From Octopus sinensis (taxonomy: Eukaryota), in contig NC_042998.1 in the NCBI RefSeq assembly GCF_006345805.1, positions 99,634,001-99,698,000 of the forward strand: 64,000 nucleotides of DNA. Reading direction: 5' to 3'. A model generated the notes under the pieces. It saw nothing but the letters and a program-made list of their open reading frames with translations, had not been told where the DNA came from and searched no databases. The translations under genes and the position numbers were made by a program. Below are positions 1 to 12,954 of the stretch, piece after piece. Within the stretch, counting starts at the first letter, position 1, and each line of letters opens with the position of its first letter.

Positions 1-33
<33 letters not shown>

Positions 34-54
34 TGTATATATATTTATAATTAA

Positions 55-766
55 TGATATCAGGGTAATAAAGATTTTAGAAAATTTTACTACCAGTGGC
101 CTAGCGTATAGAAAAATTAGTCAATAGACTATATATCATTAACATAAAATGCAGTGTACATTTAAACACATTAAGAGGTATCCTTCATAGGACTCCCTTA
201 CGCTAGACAGAACAGCTAAAATCCAAACCACCAATTAGGGATAAAATCTCGAAGGGAATGAAAAGTAAAAATATTTGCCATCTATTTCCTGGACCATGGT
301 TTCTGACTTTTTTTAGCAAATAAAATAATTTGCCAGCGAAGTCTTCGTCAACAGGTACGCGAAGATTAAACATATAAGCACGAGGCTAATTCAGCATGTA
401 CCTTTTGCTTATACATTTTAATTTTTCAAATCCATCGCGCAAGCGCAGTTTTTTGTCGGTAGCAAAAATGTTGACGAAGACTTCGCCTGGCAAATTATTT
501 TATTTGCTAAAAAAAGTCAGAAACCATGGTCCAGGAAATAGATGGCAAATATTTTTACTTTTCATTCCCTTCGAGATTTTATCACTAATTAGTGGTTTGG
601 ACTTTAGCTGTTTCCTCTAGCAAGGGAGTCCTATGATGGATACTTTTTAATGTGTTTAAATGTACACTGTATTTTGTATAAATAATATATAGTCTATTGA
701 CTAATTTTTCTATACGCTAGATCACTGGTAGTAAAAATTTCTAAAACTTTTATTGCCCTGATATCA
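55..766. mobile_element. Foldback/MITE-like element with ~300-bp inverted arms (55-353 and 469-766) and a 115-nt spacer
   Basis: Left arm tgatatcagggtaataaag...gtcttcgtcaaca is the reverse complement, with scattered mismatches, of right arm tgttgacgaagac...ttattgccctgatatca. No coding capacity. Family not identified. Confidence 0.8.
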
Positions 767-829
767 ATTATGTATAAATGATTTCTGGAAAATTTGTTCG
801 AAGAAATTGCCGATAATGGTCCCCATTTA

Positions 830-1896
830 AGTGGTTTTTTTCAATTTGGGGAACAGATGATCGTCAGATGTGGCCAAATCAGGAGAATAGGGAAGCTGAT
901 CAACCAGCTGAAAGCCACAGTCACACACAGAAGCCATTGAAAGCAAGGACTTGTGCATTTTCCCGATGAAACAAGTCTCCTTTCGTTAGTTTTCCTAAGC
1001 ATTTGGTCGTGATAAATTTTTGTAATTGTCTTGGCAAGTTGGCATAGTAATCTCCATTGATTGATGGCTCTTTTGAAGATTGTCAATAAACACAACGCCT
1101 TTTGCATCCCAGAAATCTGAGGCCATCATCTTCCCTGCAGATGAAATAACCATGGCCTTCTATGGAGCAGGTACGAAAGGGTGCTTCTACAGCATGGATT
1201 GTTTCTTCGTTTCTGGCTCAAAGTGACGAAATCAACACTCAGCCTGGGTTAGGAAAGTTTCAAGGAAACCGGCTGGATCTACCTCAATATCAGATTTTCC
1301 CGTGATGCGATCAGCATGGTAATCACATCACTTTTTGATCAGGTGTCAGAAGACGTGGCAGCCACCACGCAGAAACTTTTGTTATGCCAAGTACATTGCA
1401 CAGAATATTCTCAACTCTCTCACAGGACATGCTAATAGCATTGGCTATTTGATTTTTATAGTCAATTCCTGTCATACATTACCATGTGCGGAACACGATC
1501 AATGTTCACTGTGATGGCAGTTGCAGGACGCCAAGACTTCCGATCATCTTCAGAATCTTCGTTTTTCTCCTAAATTCAGTTGCCCACTTTTTCAGTGTTG
1601 ATAAAGCTGGACTGTCATTCTCTAATGTAGCAAGTATGTCAGCGTGAATGACCTTGGGGGCTAAGCCCCTTTTCTGCAGGAACTTGGTAACATCACGATG
1701 CCAAATTTTGTCGCTTTTCAAGAGAAGTTGCTACCAGTCACATTTGGAGTCTTCTTTGAAGAGTCGGATGTCATTTTACCCGGAAAGAAGCAATGCAGTT
1801 ATGAATAAGAAGAGTTGAAATTAATGCATGAAAGCTTTCAGAGCTCAAGCATCTTTCCTTCATAGTCAGCTTATGAATTTTTCAGCTCATCCTCGT
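830..1896 (-). mobile_element. Degenerate mariner transposon; transposase pseudogene with one terminal repeat
   Basis: Minus-strand frames give the mariner N-terminal HTH (KIWHRDVTKFLQKRGLAP...LSTLKKWATEFRR), then frameshifted MMASDFWDAKG and LPYSPDLA motifs. Terminus ttatgaatttttcagctcatcctcgta at ~1870-1896 matches a mariner-type TIR followed by TA. Confidence 0.85.
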
Positions 1897-2939
1897 ATAA
1901 TTAGTATAGACACATACATACACACACATACACCCACATATAGAGAGAAGCAATTCCTTAGTGAGATGCTTAATCAAATCATATTGTACTAAAATTAATA
2001 GAGATATAAGCAGTGATTAACATTGAGTCAATGATGTGCATTTACCTTTGTTGCGAAAGTTATTGAGCGACGTGAAGAAATCAGCTGAACAAAGCTTGTA
2101 GGAGCTGAATTCTGTTCTTAATTTGGATATATAAAATCTTGCTTTCTTTTTGCTAATTCAGTTTAGCATTGTACTTGAATAAAATCAACGAGTAGTATGA
2201 ACTGAGATATTGTGAACAACAGCAAAACGAACCACGTCCTTTACGGGAAGACTGTTGAACCAACACAAGTCAAAGATTTTCTTCCGGTAACAAATTTACG
2301 AAGCAGCATAGCTTTCCATCTGAAGAACCTACATTTCATTACTGTAATGTACATATGAAGTGAATAAAATATTCTCTTGTAAAAGTAATAAAATATAAAT
2401 ATGTGAAGAAGTAATAAGCTAAGAACTGTGCTAAATATAAACAATACGAAAAATCCAGCTTCCGGTTCTCTATTATTATTGTTCTTTTTTTCTTTTGCGC
2501 GTCAAAAGTTTCATTACAAAATTGGTTTGCTGTCATTTATTTTACGAAGTACAGAAACAAGAGGTACTCAAGCTGTTAGTTTTCTTAATATATTTCACCG
2601 TTGATAATTGTAGATATTTACAATTTTCCCGGAAACTTTATGCATAATCTAATAACGTCTGCTGGGTCTGGAGTAATTGTCCAAACCGATGAATTATAAT
2701 TCTCATATAAACCAAAAAATACGATAGGGAGCAAGCACCGCACAACATTATTTATTTGTTGTTATTAATTTTTCTCTCTCTCTTTCTCTCTGTCTCTCTC
2801 TCTGTTTTATGGAAAATATAGAGAAACAGTGGAATAACGCAATGATGATACGTTATTGCCAATAATTTACAAAGTGGTGCTATCTAAAACTAGAGAGCAG
2901 AGTAACAAATGAAATGTTTATGTAAGCATTAATAAGTGC

Positions 2940-3350
2940 TTCATTTAACTCATGAAAGTGAAAATCATTCTTTGCATTTTGTTGATAGAAATACTGGAGT
3001 GCGAACTAAGGGGGAAGACTTTGATAGTTTTAGACCCGTAACTCTGCGAAGTGCAGAATTTAAGATTTTGGCCAAGTTGTTAGCCAAGACGTTGGTACTT
3101 GTCATTGATAGTATTCTCGGTGATGCACAGACACGTCTCATCTCAAACAAATCTATTCGCGACAATCTCCACCTCACGCGATGCATCATAGATGAACTTG
3201 GTACATCATAAGGAACCGGGTTTACTTTGCCTTTCAACATTAATAGGGGTGAGGTCGGCAAAATAAAGTATCTGTCAATTTCTGGGTTCGATGTCATCGA
3301 CAAACTCCCTTCCTTCAAAATTTCCACCATCGTGCCAAAATTCGATAGGA
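2940..3350 (+). mobile_element. Tx1-type LINE fragment (N-terminal RT region)
   Basis: FDSFRPVTLRSAEFKILAKLLAKTLVLVIDSILGDAQT...SIRDNLHLTRCIID aligns by eye with IDNFRPITLLNADLKILAKVLAKRLALVIEKLVDRAQT...TIHDNLHLMRYIID of the element at 40917-47080. Confidence 0.85.
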
Positions 3351-3351
3351 T

Positions 3352-3510
3352 TCTTCTTCTTCTTCTTCTTCTTCTTCTTCTTCTTCTTCTTCTCTTCTTC
3401 TTCTTCTTCTTCTTCTTCTTCTTCTTCTTCTTCTTCTTCTTCTTCTTCTTCTTCTTCTTCTTCTTCTTCTTCTTCTTCTTCTTCTCCTTCTTCTTCTTCT
3501 TCTTCTTCTT
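3352..3510. repeat. (TTC)n microsatellite
   Basis: Direct reading; it explains the poly-K/F/L/S/E ORFs in the track. Confidence 0.98.
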
Positions 3511-4023
3511 GAGTGAGAGAGCAGTGCATGCCATCAAAGTGACACTGGGGTACAAATGTACAAAGTCCAAAACACAGATCATGACTACTCGTCTGATAAA
3601 GGTACACCAAGCACATGCATCGCAACCATATATGCGCGACATGGTGATCTCATATCGAGATAGACAGTGCATGACCTTGCAGGTGAGACCCAGTTAGAAT
3701 TATCTTCAGGTCGAGTAGTCCATCCCGCTCAAAAAGTCCCTGAATAAGGGTTGTTTAAGGATGTTGAAGAATGCACTCATGTTTCCAGAGGTGAATTATA
3801 CAAACTCCAAAGAATTCTTCCCAACAACTGGCTATGATGCGTTTCCACCACTTCTGCTCGTGATCAGAGATGCACACATTGTCAGCCACTAAGAGACATG
3901 CTCAACTGGTGAAGGTCAAACAACTGACAAGCAAATCTGTGGTATTAAACAGAATATTTGCCGTAGCCCATCTTTTACACCAAGAAAAACATGTACGTGA
4001 TAATACTTTCAATCAGTTAAGAT
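3511..4023 (-). mobile_element. Non-coding interspersed repeat 'D', copy 1; 3' end abuts (AAG)n
   Basis: gagtgagagagcagtgcatgccatcaaagtgacactgggg... recurs at 27988 and 28546 with the same terminus next to a trinucleotide tract. Confidence 0.85.
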
Positions 4024-4909
4024 TATATTAAAGATATACAGTATCATGGAGGTATATAAGAGGTAGGGGTAGTGAATAATGTTGAGGAATCCAGACCTGA
4101 AAATTGGGAGTATGTCGACCCGATTAAGTATTGAAACTAGATACCTCGTATTTAATCAATACAGGCGTACTTTCGTGAAACACGTGTAGTCTTATAAACG
4201 GAAAATACGGGATTCAGAATTGATATAGTTAGTATAATATTCAATATTTAACATTTTATGGAGTGGTCGGGTATAAAGTTTTCAGTGCTGATTGAGTTGA
4301 AGGGGGACTGTCTCTAAAACTACTTATATATATATATATATATATATACAAACACACACACACACACACATTTCATAACATAAGAGAACATCGATCTTTA
4401 TGATTACCAAGAGAAAATAACAAAATTCTAAGTGAATGTATGTTGAATGTAGTGAATGTATAAAGGAATTATGTAGTTGTTGCATATATGGCATAACAAT
4501 GATTCCAGTCACTCGATGGCTTGTGTGTGTATAAATGCTTATATTTATACACACACACACACACTTGAACGCGTTCATTAATATTGATTTATAACTTTGT
4601 CACAAAGTCACACATTTTCGGAGAAGCGTGTGGTAGATCTAATCGGCCCAAATATTTGATCTTTAATTATTTTATCGACATCGAAATGATGAAAGGCAAA
4701 GTCGATTTTCGCGTGATGTAGGTTTGTTAAATTGTACAATAAAAATATGCACTCTAAATTTGAAAAAAATTATTGAGAAATGATATAAAAAAAACATTTC
4801 TATTTTCGACACCTATGCCCTGAAGATACAATACTTTCCCATCACACAGGTACACACATGCATAGGCATATAATGTGTGTGTGTGTGTATGTGTATACGC
4901 ACATGTATG

Positions 4910-4940
<31 letters not shown>

Positions 4941-4964
4941 GTATAGTATAAATATGTATATATA

Positions 4965-5770
4965 AGAGGGGGTACCCAAAAGTAACCGGAAACGTTCTCT
5001 GTGGGAGAAGTCTGTTGCAGTTCGGGCTTCTGCAGCCAGAAGCCATTTGATGTAACCCTCAGACATCAGTGGCACGTCTTTGTTTTGCAGTGCTTCTCCT
5101 CTGTTTATCGACTTTTGCGATGACTGAAACCAAGAAACAGTGTGCTTCGTAAAATTATGTTTTCAGCTGAGGAAAACGGCGACCGAAAAAGCTGTTATGC
5201 TTCAAACAGCTTACAAGGACGCTGCCATGAGCAAAACACAAGTTTATGAGTTTCACACTTTAGGAATGAAGACCAACGTCAACCTCCCAAAAGAATGAAT
5301 ACGTGATGAAAATTCATGAACTCATCTTGGAGGACCGTCACTGAACAATTGACGAACTTGTTGATATGACTAGTATGTCCTGGAGCTCTTGCCAACGAAT
5401 TTTGAGTGAAGAATTGCGAATGAAAAGAATCGCAGCAAAATTTGTCAGTCACTATTGAATGCGTGTCGTGAACTAAAAGAATAGTTGGAAGTTGATCCGG
5501 ATTTCTTTTCGAAAGTCATCACTGGTGATGAAAGCTGGTGCTACGGAATTTGCAGATATGGAAGAGGTGAAGAAAAAAAAAAACGACGCAGGCGTTAAAA
5601 GGCATCACTTCGCAAGAGTTCCAGCACTGCTTCGAAAAGTGGAAGACGCGTCTATACCGATGCATTGCTTCAAATGGAGAATACTTTGAAGCCGATAAAA
5701 GTGTAAATAGGTAAAACTAAATGAATAAAATTTTATTGCAAAATTCCGGTTTCTTTTGGGTATCCTCTCG
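4965..5770 (+). mobile_element. Internally deleted mariner with both TIRs and TA target duplication
   Basis: Left ta|agagggggtacccaaaagtaaccggaa and right ttccggtttcttttgggtatcctctcg|ta are inverted. Residual transposase: QTAYKDAAMSKTQVYE, FSKVITGDESWCYG (first catalytic D), then a jump to C-terminal FADMEEVKKK...CIASNGEYFE. Confidence 0.9.
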
Positions 5771-7104
5771 TACATACATATATACCTATATTATAACGGA
5801 GAAAGCTGCTTATTAATTATGTAAGTTACTAAAAGAAAACAATTATTAAAGGCTTCACCGTCTGGAAATTTTTACATAAATTCATGTTCCAAGAAATTTC
5901 CTGTAAGTTCGATTTCTGAAGTTTATTGAATTTTGAACTCCAATTTTTCACAAATTTAAATATTCGTTGCATTTATTGCGGAGCATTCCGTTTTCATTTG
6001 CAAAGTCTCTCACTCTCTATTTTAATGTTTTCATTTCAAGTTTTATTCGCTATTTGCAAAACACACAATTTATTCTATATACGTAATGTAAAAACATTTA
6101 TTGAATGGAAATTTTTTAATATACCGGTATAATTTTTGTAAAAAAAAAGTTAAGTGATTTTGTTGCTATGCCTTACAATAATAACTATTTGGACCAATAT
6201 TGGCCATCTTTTTAAACTTAAAAACCATGAGAGGAGCTTTTTTCGGTAAAAATATTAAAAAATGTAAATAATTTCAGAGAAAAAGTGAACAATTCAGGGG
6301 AAGTTTGGCTGTTTTGTTCTTTAGCACAATCCAAATCACACTCCGTCTCCACTCTCACATGTATTGATGTTTTTTTCAATATTTTTCTCCCATTAAACAT
6401 ATTTTATGGAATAATGATGCCGAAGTAACACACGCGTGGTCCATTGGTGGAATATAAGCAACAATAAAATAAATTGTAATCTAAATTTTTACCCCCCACC
6501 TCAATCAAGCGAAATTGTGTGTGTGCGTAAGAAAAAGCATTTTCTATCAGAAAAGTATGCTATTAAAATGAATTATTGTTTACATAACCCGTTTTAAAAA
6601 TCACTGTGGATAAATGCCAGCAATGACCTTTTCAGGCTCTCTAGTATTTAAACTCATAAACAAAAACGATCGGGGCCAGGGAGTGGGCTTGCAAAAAAAA
6701 AAAAAATCAATATTTTTTTCAAATTTTGTTTTTTATTGCATATAAATGTATTTATGGGAAGAAAATATTGAAAAACACCAATACATGCGAGAGTGATTAA
6801 GAAATGAGGTGGGTTGTCTTGGGATGTGCTAGAAAAAACAGCCAAATCTCCCTCAAATCACTCACTCTTCCCTCTGGAAATATTAACTATTTAAAAGATT
6901 TTTTCTACCGAAAAGGCTCCTTCCATGGTTTTGAAGAGCAAATTCTGAAGCTACACCATCTAAGCGGCATTTGTAGAAAATTTCATTAAAAAGTGTCCAT
7001 TTTTCTGGATGCTATGAAGCAACGAAGTTGGGGTCGTATACATCTGTAGTTATGACCTTTTTCATTTCATCCTTATTTCACTCATTGTTTGCAATATACT
7101 CTCA

Positions 7105-7158
<54 letters not shown>

Positions 7159-7446
7159 TACTGTAGAGCTTACATATGGGCTGCTGAATTGAAACCTCTA
7201 TGTTGCTTTAGGGCAAGGTAAAACTTGACAAATTGCTTCCCCTTCGTAGTTGAACTACCTTGATGTTTTTTTAAAAAAGACAGTTTATGACAGTGATAGA
7301 ATAATGAAAGCAAGTGTGCACTATTATACAAAGAAAGAATTAGATGTAAAATATAAAACTTATTAGAATTGGGGATCAAATGTGAAAATATTATCAAGTG
7401 GCCAGCAGAAACCGCCCGGTGGGCAGTCTTTCTGCTAGCATATAAA

Positions 7447-7547
<101 letters not shown>

Positions 7548-7603
7548 ATATATATATATATATATAGATATGATGTCTGTCTGTCTATCTATCTATCTAT
7601 CTA

Positions 7604-7654
<51 letters not shown>

Positions 7655-7689
7655 TTGTAAATTTCTTTATTTTAATTTTGTTCATTATG

Positions 7690-8960
7690 TACCATTGTCT
7701 TTTTTATCGTTTAATCTCATGCATCGCATTGAGTTTTAGTTATTTTTTACGGTGCTGGTATTGCTGTTACAAGCATCATATGGCTTTTGAATTTCTCGTT
7801 ACGTTGATTGTAATTTTAATTGGTTTATTGTTTAATTAACACTAATGTGAAGTGCTTTTTAGTTTTGTTTAATTCTGTTTTAGTACTCATGATTTAATAA
7901 GTGATTGCTTAAATCTGTTTATTTCTTATGCTAATTTTGTTTATTAAGCACTAGTTTATTTTTTTTTATCTTTTACTTGTTTAAGTCATTGGAATGCGGC
8001 CATGCTGGGGCACCGCCTTGAAGGGTTTGGTCGAACAAAACGACCCCTAGTACTTACTTATCTAAAATCTGGAACCAACACCGGTTATCAAGCAGCAAAA
8101 GGAGTGGGGGACAAACACAAACACACACACCCATCCACACATGTGACGGGTTTTCAAATAGTTTTCGTCTAGCAATTTCACTCAAAAGGTAGTAGTCAGC
8201 CCAAGACTATAGTAGAAGATACTTGCCCAAAGTGCCGAACAGTGGGGCTGAACCCAAATCCACGTGACTGCAAATCGATCTTCTTAACTACACAGCCATG
8301 CCTATGCCTATGTTTGTTCATCCTTTCAATTTCATTTATCCTGGTGAATCTTTGGTTTAAATCTTGTTGGATTCCAGGTAGGTTATATACATTTACATTT
8401 TACACTGTTGTTGGTTTGGTACCTGTATCATGTAGGGTCTCTGCCTTAAAGCATGCACACGTATGTGGCGACATTTTACTTTTTTCGTTACGTCTTGTAA
8501 TTGTAGACTGCATTTAAATATTTCTTTGAGCTGTGGAACCCGTTAGATTGAACGGTGCTGCCTGGTATCGAAACCATAATGATTTCTAATTGAACAGCTG
8601 TTAGTAGGAGGCTTATATCTAATTAGATCAAATTGCTGTTATTGTAATGTTTATGTAGTTGTTTAAACTTTTCTCTCTTTGGCTCATTCTTCAGGGTATT
8701 TTGTGTTGTTTAGTATATCGATATCATCCCCATGTATGTCCTAGCTATTTAGGATTTATCTATTGTCTAGCATAGGACTCAGCCTAGTTTAATTGTTTTT
8801 ATTCTGTTATATTCATGTTAAGGCTTATTGGCATCCTATGTTTAATTGGAGATTTTAGTCTGTTATTAGAACCGGTTCATCAGAAATTTAGTAGTATACA
8901 AGAGTTCTTGGGTTAGATGTTAGCTAGTTATCATGTTATGGTAGATATGTCACACACACA
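7690..8960 (-). mobile_element. Possible highly decayed Penelope-like (RT/GIY-YIG) remnant, interrupted by SINE-C
   Basis: Only short minus-strand peptide traces (DDIDILNNT; LNQRFTRINEIE; STKTELNK) resembling Penelope RT-core and GIY-YIG C-terminal segments; many stops. Inference. Confidence 0.3.
7969..8300 (-). mobile_element. SINE-C copy
   Basis: cttttacttgtttaagtc...gcggccatgctggggcacc...acttgcccaaagtgcc...cacagcca is the reverse-oriented homolog of 14085-14535. Confidence 0.85.
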
Positions 8961-11295
8961 CGTGTACGCACATACAGACATATAATGTTTTATACGTAGA
9001 TACTAATTACAATATTAGATATAAACAAACTGTTATTTAATTATTATAACTTTGCTGCATTGTGAAGTATTATATATATAATACATTAAAAGTCAGTTTG
9101 AATCTTGCTTGTTTGCTTACTTGCTTGCTTGCTTGCAATGTTACCCAGCCAAACTGGCGCTTAATGGGAAAATACTATGAATTAAGTTTACCCTGAAATG
9201 TTAAATCGAACGGAATAAAATAAGTTTCGCATAAATCGGACAAGTAATTTTAGAGATAGAGGTTTTCGGGTATAAATTCCCCAAACGGGGCATAATGGGA
9301 AAATATTCCGAAAATAATCTTCATCCTGAAAAGGAAGAAACTCTTATGTTTCTATCAGACACAGTGACTTGACAACGAAAAATACGAGTTTTTTTAATAG
9401 TAAATATTTCTATTTTCGCTTTTGTTAAACACAATATTTTAATCATTTCGGAATATTTTTAAGTGAATGTGATTTCAAAACATGTAAGCTGTTTGTTCAG
9501 TAAGTATTTATATTTTAGCTTTCTTTAAACACAATATTTTAATGTTTTTTAAAATTATTTTCAAGCGAATACTATTACAAAAAGATTTTTTGGCATATTA
9601 AAAAATATTTTAAAGAGAAAACTTTAAAAATACAGTAAATATTTCATAAAAGACCCGTTCATAACCCTTCCACATTCAGCACGAACTTTTCTTCACTACG
9701 TTCGGTAACAAATTGACTGTTATGAAGCTAAATTTATATCGTCTAAATAATATTTTACGCGCGCGCACACACAACACGGCTTCGAATAAAACGTTCTCGT
9801 ATAAACATGCTTTATAAATTAAAAGTAAACTCTGAAAATTATAAATTGATATCAAACACAGCAAACGTACAAGATGTATATGCACATGTACTAACTATAC
9901 CTTGGCGGTGCAGAGACTAACTCAATGAAGGTCACGTGTCAAAGCAGCAAATCAAAGCAATACGTTTAGCAGGAACTCTTGTTTGGCAATTAGTTGCCCT
10001 AGGAGTCTTGTTTCTGCGTTCTTGTAACTAGGTGTCTAACCTTAATTAGTACGGTAATATACACCAAAATACAAAGAAAAAATACTCTAATCTAAACTAG
10101 TGGTAAAAGAAAATCTGGTTTTAAACGCTCTGTTATTAAGAATGATATACTGTTAACTTTAGATGGTAAATTAGAAGTTACAGACTTGGAAGGCTTGACA
10201 GCAAACCAAAAACAGGCTGGGACTTAGGAAAGAACGAAACGAATATACGAACAGTTGTAAAAACGTAAATGACTATCAGAAAAAAAGAAAACAAAAGGTA
10301 AAAGTGCATTAACTTCCGGTATGCAAGCAAAAAGCATTGTTATGAATTGAAATGTCTTGTATATGAAAAGATGGAGGAAGATTGCAAACAAAAACGAATT
10401 ATTTAAACCACTGTGATTACTGAGATGAATGCTCAAAGCATCTTTTCTGGAATTAAAGAAAACACACCAAAAAAGAAAATAAGATTCTCGTAGGAACTGA
10501 AGAAACTTTTATTATTCGTTCTGGTTGGTTTTTACAAATTCAAAACTTGAACAGAAATTCACGATGTTAGTATAAGATGTGAGTCACCAAGTGTAATCTA
10601 AAATGCAACAGGAAAAATATGTTTTGAAAAGATTTATCAAAGAAAGGATTTATGATGATGAACATGTATTCCGTTGGGATTTAATAGCTTAAAAATAACT
10701 TTCTCAAAGAAATACAAGTTGTGATACAGATTTGTTGTTTTGAAACATCCCAGTTGGAAAGAAATGCCAAAGATAACTTTACATTAAAACCTATGTTCGT
10801 GTCTCGCACATAAAATCGCAGGGCATATAAAATCTGTATAAATTTCCTTCAGATGGTGTTCTAACATCGGGTAGAAGTATTTTTATTTTTTTAATATTAT
10901 TTTTCAACTTTTCAACTTTTTACTTTTTTATCAGCTTAAAACAATGCTGCCACTCTTACTGTTGTACTTTAGTGACTTGTGTGAATTAGGTGATATATAT
11001 ATATATTTTTTTGCACCCGAATACGACACTTCTTTTACAGTCTATGGACCAAAGAGATAATTGCTACTTTTAAAGCTTAATTTTTGAAGAAGAGTCTTTA
11101 CTCAAAATTATAACATAAAAAAATAGAATTTCACTGTCGAAGTTTGGAAGCACATAATATAATATAGAAGCTGCTACTGAAAGATAATATAATTGGTAAT
11201 ATAAAAAGCTGCTATTGAAAATATTTCTAAATCATGGGAAGCAGATGTATCTAAATTTGGCACAAATCAATTCTGAGGGGAAGGGTTAATAGATA

Positions 11296-11505
11296 GTATC
11301 GACCTTGGGGTTAGTTGGTGCCAATCACTATCAGATCTTGACTGGTCTTTATGTTATCGGCTTCTGATGGATAAAAGGCAAAGTTGACATCAAAGGGATT
11401 GGAATTCACACCGCAGAGTGTCGGAACAAATATCGCAAAGTATTTTATTCAGGGTTTTCACGACTGTGCCAATTTGCCGTCCTACCGCAGCAAGAAAAAA
11501 TTATT
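11296..11505 (-). mobile_element. SINE-A copy, degraded
   Basis: ggataaaaggcaaagttgac matches the family core gatgaaaggcaaagtcgac. Confidence 0.65.
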
Positions 11506-12954
11506 GACGAAACTACCTCCTGAAAGAGTGCTTCAGTCACTGAAGCTAGAAGGAACAATCTTGAGTGTCTAACTTTTTAGTATCACATTTATCTACTTAT
11601 ATATTATACAGCCTTGGGAGAAGATATATTCCAGTGTTAATATGAGTAAACAATTTGCATATGGTGTGAAAAGACGGCGTTTAACTCTTATTTGAAAGCG
11701 AAAATTGCAATAATAGAATGATTAAAGCGAGGTGAGAACCAGAACTTTTGTGTATGAATGAAACACATCTTTCTCAGTTTGTAGCATTAAGAAACAAAAG
11801 GATAAGTCAATGTCATTACATGAGTGAGAGTTTATTCCCAAACGCATGCACATATAAAACCATTGACATCTCCACCAATCTCAAGAAAGGTCTTGCCGCT
11901 TTGTTACTGACCATCTTAAATTTATCAAAGAAAAATACTTAAATAAAACAGAAAAATAAAACACGAACGCGTACATGTGTGTGTGTGTGGGGGGGCATGT
12001 ATGTATTTATGTATACATTATAAGAATTTTTTCACATACACATGGGAACTATATGTGCCTTTGTACATGATGGTGGTGTGTATGTATATGCATGTGTACG
12101 CATTCTTGTGTGCGTTATTTGACTATCTAGTTTAAAGATGTTTGGGGTACTTCACAGATAGATGGGTTTACATTAAATTCTAAACAAAATAAATCGATTA
12201 TCAGATTAGATATTTTCAAAACAAAATTGAGAAAAAGAAAATAAATGGTGTGTAAAGAAGGAAAACGTTTGCGTTTGGTCGTCTTTTTACTTCGCTTTTA
12301 TCTTTAAAATGTAAAACTCGGAGGTTGGTGGGGTGAAGTATCAATGAAGCGAATAATTCAAGCTGGAAATTGGAGAAGAATGGTGAAAGCAAAACCGAGG
12401 ACGTGAGGTGGAAGAGAAGGGTTAGAAAGAGAGAGAGAGACAGAAAGCTAAAGGAGAAGGACAAGAGAGAGGATGAGGTGGAATAAAGTGAGGTAGAGAC
12501 GCAGAAGGAAGGGAATAAAAAAGAGTGAGAAAGAAGGGGGAGATAGAGAAAAAAGAGTGAGGCAGGAGGTAAAAAGAGAATGAAAGAAAAAAGAAAAAGA
12601 CAGAAAGAGAGAGAAAGAGTGGGGGTAGAGGCAGAAAACGGTGGAAGTGATCTGATTTACATTAAAAAAATTAAGAAAGAGATAATAAAAATAATGGTAA
12701 AATAGAAACAAAAAAGCTGAACGAGAAAGAACATAAAACGTAATAAATAAAACTTTAAAAATTTGAAGAAGTACTGCAACGAGAACCTAACTAGGTATCG
12801 GCAGATGAACTTCGATAATCGTTTGGTTTCGTCTTGATCGTACATGCATTCTCACATATAGATTTATCTGTTTTTCCATTTCTTTTTATTTTTAAAATCG
12901 CTAAAAATATTGACTCACTATCAATCCATCATATTCAATTTATTTAGTGTTGCA

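Noticed and set aside
180-220. gaaacagct and a small ctc/gag stem in the foldback arms as a possible hammerhead
   Set aside because: No CUGANGA upstream (catagga only); the core does not match.
2040-2330. Strong minus-strand donor AAAG|gtaaat with a short open frame
   Set aside because: No convincing acceptor before an in-frame stop and no recognisable peptide.
2965-3697. Long ORFs with poly-K/R, poly-F/L, poly-E and poly-S runs
   Set aside because: Translations of the (TTC)n tract plus flanking repeats; the same applies to 58551-58853.
9994-10007. 14-nt match (ttgccctaggagtc) to the Dong 3'UTR
   Set aside because: No flanking similarity; compatible with chance.
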